Assembly (NCBI GenBank): GCA_003971905.1
Contig: RSEE01000005.1
Span: 930,001 to 994,000, forward strand
Source of the DNA: Moniliella sp. 'wahieum'
Lineage: Eukaryota
Direction of reading: 5' to 3'
Length of the DNA: 64,000 nt
A model generated the notes under the pieces. The model worked only from the letters and a program-made list of their open reading frames with translations, ran no database searches and was not told the DNA's origin. The first letter of the stretch is position 1. Every line of letters starts with the position of its first letter. Shown piece by piece: positions 49,801-60,180 of this stretch. The position numbers and the translations under genes are program-made.

Positions 49801-52800
49801 TCTGGAATATCATCTCCATTCCCCATCGCCACAGCAGCGATAGCTAGGCCGGTGACAGAAGATGATCATGGGTTTTGTCGTGGGTGGCAAGCATCTCAGC
49901 AATGAATTTGTGCTGGCTCACATAGAAACGCTCATAACTAGTCCTACTGGCATAATCCGAGGTGGAAACGAAGGGGCATTGGAGTTAATCTCAATATGGC
50001 CCGGATGTTCGACAAAAGGAATCGTACTAAATTTCCCCCGAACGGCAAAAAGCAACAATAAGGAAATCGTCAGTGTGGATCGCCAAAGAATGAGGTCCAA
50101 GTCTTTTTTGGTGCGACGAAGTAAAAGACATGGCTCTGACTTGAGACTGTGGTAAAAAAGCCCAAAGGCGATCATCGCAGAGGAGGGTATACGCAACCAA
50201 TCACCTGCCCCCACTTTATTGATAGAGACCGTAAAGACGTTTCTTCCGTTTCCAACACTTGCCCTTCCATTCGGGGACAAAAGGAGGAGGCCAACATAGG
50301 CCTCTCCCGTCACGTCCGCGTACAGGTACACTGTCTCCATGGAGCTGCTTTTGAACCGATTGAAGATGTGGCTCGACAAACTTAACTCCAGTCCGCGACC
50401 ACATGGTCAATTGAAGTTGTAGCACCAAGACAGTGGAAAGCTTCTCCTGGGTGTGGTGAGGCCGTGTCTTTGTTGTAGAAGGGCAAAAATAGTGAGGAAG
50501 CAAGAGCCGGCATGTCCGTCTCACTAGGCGATTCATGGACAGAACGGTGCAGCTGAGCATAAAGGAGATTGAACCGACAATTTGCGGTCTAGACCAGCTT
50601 TTTAGTGTGCGCAGGCAGGTCCTAATTCAACGATTGCCCGAAATCCCTTGGCATCCAAAGCAATCCCCTACCTACACCGTTGTAGAACCACAATAGCAGC
50701 TGGGACGCCCACGTCATTTCCCCATTGTTTTTCTCGGCCGAGCCGATTAGGCGATCCGTAGGCAAGCTGGAACTGACCCGCATAGTGGGGAGTGATGCCG
50801 TCGTAACCAATACGGGGGGGGGGGGTTACTGTAGAAGACCACAGGGAGTTCATCGTATGTATCGCATTGCATATGAGCTACAGAGGCTACTAGATAGTAT
50901 TCCTGCCCTCTGAAGGAATGAACCCGAAGGACAGGGGCTTGCTACACTAGTGCGGCGTCATACATTGGTTCTTCGCAACTACATCAGCCCTCCCCTCCCT
51001 CTCATTACACATCAGATCACTACCACCAGCCACTTTTCCGTGCAATGGGTAGCTCTCACTTCGCCAAAAAGATATAAAGTGGCCATATCGTCTGTCTTTT
51101 CATCAAAATAACGGCGGTGGGGGGGGCAAATAAGGCGATATTGGATGGCGACGGGGTCCTTCCTTCCCCAGGTGCAAGGGAGTTACACTGATTGGAGACC
51201 ACCAAAACATTACCCACAGAGAGACGACTCACGGACGATTTTGAATCCCAGAGAGGTGTGGGTGTTGCCCTGAAGACAGATAACTGCTTGATGGCGAGTG
51301 GGTATGAAAACGTCGGAAGCGAGTTATAAGTGCCGGTGAACGTCGGCCTTTTTATTGCTTCTTTTACCGGACGTGAGCCCTGAACGTCGTCTTTTTTGGA
51401 GACTAAGAGCTTCTGCAACTGAGAATTCGTTCCGTAGACTGGTACCAAAAACTGAGAATGAAAAGTCAACTTCTCTTCACCGTCGTGTCCCTCGTGATGA
51501 TGGGTAGTGTGTCCGAGTTAGAAGTACTGAGCAACGTAGCGGGAGACACGTTTCTCACGATGCTCGAGTGCTGTGCACCAAGTGGATTTGGTCAGTATTA
51601 TGGGAGGGCTGTGCCAGGTTTGTGGGGTACAATCCCTCAGCTTAGAGAACAGAAGCACGACTTACGCAGTATTTACGTGCTTGGGCTGTAGTCAGTGGAT
51701 CCAAGCGGAACTATAATAGGGACAAGGAATGGCATATCACCGCATAGCAGAGACAATGGCTACTGTCACGGGGGGGGGCGCCAGGGGGCTAGCCCGGGTT
51801 TATTATGGGGTACTATCCCTTAGGAGACGGTGGGTCGACTCACGGTAGTTTCGGGTTTGAGCTAGTTGGTGGATCTGCGCGGAGCTACTAGGGACGAGGA
51901 GAGGCCTTCGGGCGCGAAATCGAGGCGGCTGCACGTGTGGCAAGGCTGCGTATGCACCGGCTTGGGCCGTGGTAACGTGTCTGAATCCTCCGTGTCTTAG
52001 GGAAGGGACGAAGCAGTGGTGGGAAACACTACCAGAGCTGAGACTGGACAGGGATGACTGTCGTCGTGGCTGGAATGGAATCCACTCGGCAAGCTGGTAC
52101 GGAATCGACGCGGCTGAAGGAAGGCTCATCGCGCGACTGGACGGGTAGAGAGCTGGAGGACGAGGTCGGAAGAGGAGGTGGGAGCTAAGTAGAGACGATG
52201 CTGCCTGTATTGAATCGATTGGCTGGAAAACGGGCAGGAGCTGGACAGGATAGGCGGGGAGGGACGAGAGTGAAGACGGAAATGGAGAAGGCGGGGCCAA
52301 GGATCCCCATCATCCACCAGGGGTACAGGCCAGACCAAAAGGGAAACGGATACAAGAGGGTGTGTGGAAAGGAAGACACGTCAAAAAGGGGTTGGTTGTC
52401 GCAGGCGCAACAGAGAAAGGAAAAGATGCGGGGACGGAGGCAACAGTCGTCGCAAAGAGACCGGAAGCGCAATGTCCTTATTTAGGCCATCATCCGACTT
52501 GGACATGTGTGGGCTGGGGGCTACTTGTATTGCCGCGCGGACGTGTGGCTCCTCGGGCCACCATACCTGATTTAACCAACCATCATCACACTTTTGGTTG
52601 GATTTCGGAGTGCAGTATACTGGGCATGTGCATAGCAGGCGGGCCTTAACTTGGATCGGACCATCTCGGATTCAACATCCAACGCGGCCCGTAACGCGGA
52701 ACAGCTACAGGTATTAGCAAAGCTCTATGTATGTATACCGGCTTGGCAAGTAGTAACGTGGCTGAAACCTCTCCGGACTTAGGAATGGGGAGAGGCAGTG

Positions 52801-53148
52801 GAGGATAAAGACTGCCAGACCTGGGCTGGACACATGTGTTGGTACTAGAATTGACGCGGGGGTCTGACGAAATGGACTTGGGACTATGAACAGACGGCAA
52901 CAGTTGAAACAAGAAGAGCATATGATAATAACCAAACTTCAGCGCACAGCGGACGAAGAGCATACAATAACCAAAACACATATGCGCACAGCAGACGAAC
53001 AACGACAGACAGCAACGAAACATAGACGAAAAAAGACAGGAGATGCCAGACCCGGGGCAGGGCATGGCCAGACAGTGCACAAGCAAAAAGAAAACCAGAA
53101 CACGACGATAGATCATATGGCGGGCACGGCAGCCCGATCAGCCAAGGG

Positions 53149-53874
53149 TCAGCTTACCCCCATCGATCATGACATTGTACTCGATGGTACCCGAGTAGTT
53201 GCCAGAGGCATAGTAGTTGGTAGTGGGCATGTTGGGATAAGCGCCCGTGTAGGTGATCGTGGCCTCGACCGGGGCAGAAGAACGATGCTGCCATCCTTCA
53301 TGCCCGAATGGAAGACGGCACGGAACGTTTGGAGGGCTTGGGACTCGTTGTCATCCCACGAGCAGGCGGCAGAGACAAAGGGTTCCTCATCTCCCGGTGA
53401 CAATGGCTCATACGCCCCTTTGACACATCGCCCTGTCGAGAGCGACTGCAAGACGCCATAGTAGGAAGAGGTGGTGTTGCTTGTTCCATTGGCGAGAAAT
53501 TTGCTCGTGCCCAAATATTTGGACCCAACGGCAATGAACTTATACATATCCTTCACCTGAAGTGGGAAATGTTAGTCGATGCTCCCTCTGGACGGGGCCT
53601 GCGATCGATGCGCGAGAGAGGGGCGGCGGGGGAGACGAGGCAAGAAGGGAACGCACAAAGTGGCTAGTAACAAGATTGTCCCCAGATTCCGAAAAGGACA
53701 AGTAGGACGTGGTCTTGTTGTAATGGAACTTGAATGGATGCGGACCGGTGAGTTCGCGCGTCGTTACGGTATCGCCTCGCTTGACGTATTTCCACGACGA
53801 CGGGGGGCCGATGCACCTAGCGTCAAGGCCGCGATGAGGAGGGAAAGCAGAGCAACGATGCAACGCATAGTCAT
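53149..53874 (-). CDS. Putative secreted protein (~200 aa) with signal peptide and KR site
   Basis: MTMRCIVALLSLLIAALTLGASAP.SSWKYVKR.GDTVTT...; canonical intron 53557-53656 (GTGCGT...CTAAC...CAG) joins in frame. Two 1-nt C-run deletions must be assumed; may continue past a GTAAGC donor near 53156. Confidence 0.7.
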
Positions 53875-54087
53875 GCAAGCGGCGGCAGGAAGACCCGAGG
53901 GTACGAGGAGACCTGGAATAGAAAACGCCAACAAAAGGGGACGCAGAACGGAGCGGACAGGAGTTGTTCGATTGGGCGGCGCGAGCGAGGAGAGGACTTG
54001 CTATATATATCTCCTGAACCAGCACCCTGGAATGGCAGAGACGTTGCCGAGCGTATCATGCATCGTGTTCTGCATCCACCCAGGGCT

Positions 54088-54202
54088 CAGGCCTCAGAGG
54101 GGCCTCAGGTCAGGCCTCAGAGGGGCCTCAGGTCAGGCCTCAGAGGGGCCTCAGGTCAGGCCTCAGAGGGGCCTCAGGTCAGGCCTCAGGCGGCCTCAGG
54201 CC
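54088..54202. repeat. 23-bp minisatellite CAGGCCTCAGAGGGGCCTCAGGT, 4 perfect copies plus 1 degenerate
   Basis: Units start at 54088, 54111, 54134, 54157 and 54180. Confidence 0.95.
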
Positions 54203-56765
54203 ACAGGAACGGAAGAAAGAAAAGAGCAGCGTCGCAGCTTTTGTGATCGCAGCTTTCGTGTCGCAGCTTTTTTCGCAACAGCTCAGTATTCCGGCTCTTA
54301 GGCGTGAGATCTGAGAGAAGCTGAGATATCGATGATCGAGGATCAATGATCTGTGCGTGCATCATGCATCATGCATCATGCAGGGACGATAAATGATTGA
54401 ATGACGGGTGTGATGCAGTGAGTAGGGAGTGAGTCGCCGGCGGGTACGCGCTACCGGCTACACTCCCGTACTCATAGTGACTAGTAACCGGTAACCAAAT
54501 CACACGCCACACGTGTCGGATATCATGCATCGGGCGCCACCCGTCAGCGCTCAGCGCTCAGCGAGGGTGGGGCAAGGGTGGGGCCGGGTGGGGCTGGGGG
54601 TGCACCGGTGCTGCGGCGCAGCAGCGCAGAGGCGCAGAAGGGCGCAGAGCCCTCAGGCTGAGGAGGCTGAGCGCTGAGCCTCAGCGCTGATGCATGGGGG
54701 CGGCTGTGCCCTGCTGTGGCCTGAGACTCAAGGCCGAGGCGAATGAGCGCCTGAGGGCGCAGGCAGACACCGATCACCGGTCAGGCGCTGAGCCAAGCCA
54801 GGCCAAGCCACGTGCGCCATCGGCTCCTAATTTAATAAGCCTTCGAGCTTAGATCCTACACACACACTTACCTGGCGCCCTCGATAGAATCGACAACTGC
54901 TGGGGCTTAGTCTGGCTTAGCTTACTTTGTTCGTCACAGTAGTACTGAGTATATTGTCAACCAACATCACATCCAATTACATGCCCTCCATCTCAGGCGC
55001 ACGACGAAGGCGCGTAAGCGCGTATAAGCAAGTCTAAAACCATCGCTACCATGCACAGCACGCGTGAACGTCACATCTCACGCGCCCACGCGTCATGCAC
55101 ATGCATACACTTCATGCCTCAAGCTTCATGCATGATGTCCCCCGAGGCGAGTCCCTCGCAAAAAGCTTGAAAAACGAGCAACTAGTCTTCAGGCTCCACT
55201 AAATTTGGTTCGGGGGTACTCAGGACTGATTAGGGCTAGTGACTATAGCGCCAGTCTTTCAGCTACTTGTCGCCATAGTGTGGTTGTACAATACAGAGCA
55301 CAGGCCGTTGATGCAGTTGATGGTGCATTGTATTTTGCTATGTGGAGCCACCGCGGGTGGCTCGTGGGTTTGGGCCAACGTCCCTCAGTCCCTCCGCAGG
55401 CGTACTATAGGAGTTTAGTTGTTTTCTCCGCTGCTTTCCTTGTTCCGCAGCTTAGCCCCTGGTGGTGACTAGTTGTTTGCTCTGTAACCCACGTCACCGT
55501 TACTAGTTGACTTAGACCACCACACCAGTGCGATTGCATCACTCTCGAGGACCATCACATGCAGGCCCCTTAGGCCTTAGGCTCACAAGGCCTTACAGCT
55601 CCAGCCCTCATCGACTCATCAAGATCGCGTAGAGCGAAGGCAGTAATAAGAAGGCGGTGGGCCTCGGGCTGCGCCAGTGCTGCGGCCTGCTGCGCCGAAA
55701 ACGCCGCCGAGATATGAGGTGTCTTAACGTACCTAATCGAACCTATTCGACAGTCTAATCCCCTTTCCGCACCGCAAAGCCACATGATGTGACAGGGGTG
55801 ACCAGTGGCATGTGACCGGTGACCGGTGACCGGCGATTGGGGGCTGGTGACCGGGTGTGACCCGGTGATATGTATATGTGATCGATGTGATCCGAGCTTT
55901 ATGTAGATGGGGCGGATCATCGATCACACACACACTATTAAAAGGGACTGCCTGCTACCCTAGAGCCTGCTTTGTAGCGCCAAAGGGTGGATGAATGAAG
56001 TTGTTCAACATCTTTTGCTATCAATCTCAATATGCATTGCACTATGCAACAAAAGAAACAATAGACGTGGATTAACGTTTTTAACCATTGTCCGCCGGAT
56101 CCCCCCAATTCATCACTTTTTGCATTATCTAACTAGTTTACTATATCATCCCTACTGACCGGCTGACCCACAATACTGACGTCCGGGGGGGAAGTGTCAG
56201 TCAAGGTTCAAGGTAGTCAAGCTTCAAGGGAGTCGCGCTGCAAGTGGACGTAATGCGATAGTTACATGTTTTGTCTCATTTGTTGCCCTTCTGTGTGCAC
56301 GGCTGCGGACTTTTTATAAGAAATTTCCATGTTCTGGCTCTTCTGGTTTAAAGCACGTTGTTTTCCTATGGGGCATATATATGTTAGAGGGTACTGCTAG
56401 GGTTCTCCTGCGCGGCCCTCAATGGATCGGTGACGCTCGCCTAGCCGAGCGGAAGCGTTCCGCTCGCAGGCCGCGCACGCCCTGCTCGCTCCATCTCCCT
56501 TCTCTCTCTCCTTTCTCCTTCCCTTCAGACGTTGCTTGAAGACTTGTGGCTCACCACTTTGCCTTCACGCCTTGTCTGAAGGCTGCTTTGCAGCTGATCC
56601 ATAGGATCGCGAGTGCTCCCAAGTCGCACTCTAGCAATATAAACTTCCTTTAGTGTTTTCCCAGAATCAGCGCCGTAGCATTCATCTATTTGCCGGTATA
56701 GTGCCTCCGCTTGGAAATATCCATAGTGAGATGGCACAGCCCGGGGGAAATAGTGAGGAAAAGAG

Positions 56766-56837
56766 AGGCTCGAATGGGAATCGAACCCATGGCATCGCTG
56801 ATTGGTCAGTGACGCGTTACCACGACGCCATCGAGCT
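56766..56837 (-). pseudogene. tRNA-like gene or pseudo-tRNA with no assignable anticodon
   Basis: AGCTCGA TG GCGT CGTGGTA ACGC G TCACT GACCAATC AGCGA TGCC ATGGG TTCGATT CCCAT TCGAGCC T. Good acceptor, D and T stems, B-box and TTTT downstream, but an aberrant anticodon loop. Confidence 0.75.
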
Positions 56838-58563
56838 GCGATAGGAGCAGCTGTAGGATCACAGAGTCTCTCCGCTGCGAAAGCACAAACCACAAGGGTA
56901 GAAGGCGAACAGGCAGACATCTCCTCCACTATTACTATTATAGGTTGCATGCTGGCTACTAATATTGCTCTGTATTTTTGTGTCAACAGATCCATATGTC
57001 TCTCTGCTTTGTGGATTCCATCGTTTCCTCCGGCACGCACGCGTCTTCATCAGGAGATGGAGATGGTGGGAAGGACGGTAGATTGTAGATACATATGTAT
57101 GGACAGACTACTGATGGATGAGGTGTATATATACACGTCGGAAGGAAGGGGGAGCGTAGCTGAAAGGCAGACACAACAACAGGATCTTTCAATTGATAGG
57201 AACCACAAGTAGTGTTGTTCATACGGGTCGAGTGGGCTAAGGGTCCTCTAGCACAGCGATGAGTCTGACATTCCCGCCAATCCTGGGGAACTTGTGGGTC
57301 TCCTTCAATAACGAAAGCCAAAAGTCCGTCGTGAAGCCGATTGATATGGTAATGTGAGGTGGACAAGTTCCCGCCTATATCCAAAAGATCACAGATCAGG
57401 GTGAAAAATGGAGAAGAGCGAGGTCCAGGTCAGGTGAGAGAAGGGCTGGAACTGAGAGGCAGTATATGTGGTGTTCGCTTGTGCCGGAAGTGGCGCGACA
57501 GAGGCACAGGCGCCGCAAGCCAGGACGGTGCGGACGGCTTCGCATACATCGGTGTCACGTATTGGTGAGAGGAAGGTTGATGTCGGCATCAATGATGGAT
57601 GCGGAGGTAGCATCGCCGAGGGGGGCGACGGGCGAGAGGCTCTGGGGTTCCCGCGGTAGTAAGCCTTTTCTGCCATGGACCGGGCACAGGAGGTGCGGGA
57701 GAGGAAAATGCTCTAGTCAGTTTCCTGAAAACGGACATTTTGTTTGACTCTCTATAGTAGTTGTCTCCATTTTTACCGCTACGGCAGACGCAGAGGAGTC
57801 AGCGAGGCGTCGTCGAATTCAAGACAAGATGAAATGATGTGGCCCCTGGGTCATGCCATCGGCATACATGGGCTCAACAGTCGAAGGGGTACAGGCCTAG
57901 GAGTTCGCAAATGAGCACAGTCATCTGACTGCCTGACGCCGACATGCAAGGCGTCCCGGTAGGAGTCGACCCACTGCGGCAGTGGGCTGTGCGGACGGTC
58001 CGACATCGGAGGTAGAAGGGATGTCCGAGTCTGACACTTCTGCTCTCCACTGTTTACCTTGCTCTCTGTGAGTACCTCTTCCGCACATATACTAACTTAC
58101 CATCCACCTCATCATGATCAGATGCGAATGAATGCCAGTGGGCAAAAAGCAGCTTTTCCGGGCTCTCTCTCCCACCCACTCACACATTCCTTCTCTCTCT
58201 CTCTTGGCTCTCATCCGTCATCCAACTTCCCTGCAGAGCCAAAGCCGCCAGGGAGCACAGGCTGGGTCACCTGGGGGGCCTATGATAAACAGACCGAGGT
58301 GAGAAGGATGCATAGCAACCGGGGTAAAAAAAAAAAGACAAAGAGTCCGAAATGTCCAGTGTTTATGGAAGCAGAGGGCTGGAAGAGGAGAAGGGCCGGG
58401 CGCGGGAGTAGGCGGGGGGGGGGGGTATGAGCCCTAATCCGAAAGCGCAAAGGGAAAGGAAGGACACGCATCAAGGAAAAGTATTAAGGGAAAGGAAAGG
58501 TGCAGCAAGCGTCGCGCCGCGTTAAGACCAAGGCGTAATAGGGGGGGTGGGATGAAACCCAAA

Positions 58564-60180
58564 TTAGATGTCAAGCTTGCACAGTTGGTCTGTGAACAAG
58601 CCGGATGCCTGTGTTGAGTCGGGCACATACCAAAACCAACGGCCGCAATGACCCAGCAACACATGAGCAGGTACCCTTCCAACCAATTCGACCTTCCGTC
58701 CGAGATGGCCGAGTTGACGATCAAGACCGACAAGAAGAGAAAGATGGAGACAAACGGGTCAAACAGCAAGCTCAACGGCTTGTCGCCACACCACGCAATA
58801 ATGACTAACAACGGGATGACAAAGATGGAGATTTGAATCGACGAGCCCACCGCCACGCCCATGGAGAGGTCGAGCTTGTTCTTGACGGCCACCGTGACGG
58901 CCGTGACGTGTTCAGTCGCATTGGATACGATGGGAAGGATGAGAGCCGATCCAGGTGCGCGGCGCCCTGCCGCTGCGACCGCATCGATCGAATCCACGAG
59001 CCACTCGCAGGTAACGCCAACCAAGACGGTGAGACGATCAGAGTACAAGCGCGACCAGGGCTGAAATCTGGGGAACCTCCTCGTCGTCTTTGTCGGACGG
59101 GTCGGGGTGGTCGGGGGTGGGGCATGCGGGTCGGGCAGGGTAGGATGGAGAATAGTATCGGGCGATTTTTTCGACAGCTCGGACCCAACCAAGGTCGACT
59201 CATTTTCGGCCGCCGTTTCTTCAAACATGTACTTGTGCGACGAGAGGGTAAAGAAAAGGTAGGCAATGTAGACAGTCAAAAGGATGATGCTAACGCCGCG
59301 AGAAAACTGGAGCACCTTCTTGCGTTCGGATGGATCGGGGATGTTGGGTCCCAACACGGCGTGGTACCCAGCAGGCGTCAAGACCGACAGGGTGGCCATG
59401 ACAAGCAAGCTCGAGTTGAGTTGCGCAGCCGTAACGTGGAACATTTGCTCCTTGTACTTGAATCCGCCAGCAAAGAAGCACATGCCCAGAACGAGCAGCA
59501 GGTTGGACAACACGCTGCCCACCAGCGAAGTTTGGACAATGGTCAGTTCGCACTGGAAGCAGGCAATGATGGCCGTGATGAGTTCGACGGCATTGCCCAG
59601 GGTAGCATTGAGCAAGCCACCCAGTGTCACCGACCCGCAGTGCGATTTCCTCTGTACCAAACGCAAGAAGTTGCGCCAGGGGCATAATGGCAAGGAAGGA
59701 GACCACAAACACGGCAATCCCATGGTTCTTAACCGTCTTGTTCGTCTCGGGCAACCCCTTGTCTTGCGATTGGAAGACAAAGTGAAGCGCCCAGGATATG
59801 GGAATACAGAGCAAGAGAAGGTTGAGCCAGCTAAAGCAGATGACATGCTTGACGCTGTCCCAGTGAGTGGGCGGAGGCGCAACGGGACGATCGGGGGTGA
59901 GGAGTTCGGTGACCGTGCGGGTTACCCGGTGAGTGGCCAAGGCACTATCCGCCGTGGCGCGACGGGGGATGCCAGCCCCAGGGCCTCCGAGTCCCGGGGG
60001 GCCGAGACTGTCGTCGCCAGTGCCAAAGCGTCGGGGGCGATTGAACGTAAGCACTGGTGGAGGAGGGAGGGTGCTGGCGGGGTCGGGCTGGTCGGGTTCC
60101 TGGGCGGGAGGCTGGCTGGGGCCTTCCTCGAGGCCGAGGGTTTGGCTCTTGGTGGGCTTGTGTAAAAACGGGATCTGCAT
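58564..60180 (-). CDS. VCX1: Vacuolar Ca2+/H+ exchanger (CAX family)
   Basis: SWLNLLLLCIPISW; FLAIMPLAQLLAFGTEEIALRVG; GLLNATLGNAVELI; SLVGSVLSNLLLVLGMCFFAGG; PIVSNATEH; GSSIQISIFVIP; DGRSNWLEG. Several indels. Confidence 0.93.

Noticed and set aside
49000..50420. Weak RRM-like snippets (KLGSLGKISDIDVWY; VKFVEPHLQSVQKQLHG)
   Set aside because: Too short, with no clear RNP1/RNP2 motifs; cannot be supported without a profile search.
54088..54202. Possible CRISPR-like array
   Set aside because: The units are contiguous with no unique spacers, there are no cas genes, and the context is eukaryotic. It is a minisatellite.
54866..54875. ACTTACCTGG resembling the 5' end of U1 snRNA
   Set aside because: No U1 stem-loop I (GATCACGAAG-like) or stem-loop II (ATTGCAC) follows. 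It reads better as a minus-strand splice donor CAG/GTAAGT.
56766..56837. 8-nt-loop tRNA acting as a frameshift suppressor for the many frameshifted genes
   Set aside because: The frameshifts I could resolve are missing bases, whereas expanded-loop tRNAs suppress +1 insertions. The loop also lacks U33, and the same deletion type occurs in a non-coding TIR.
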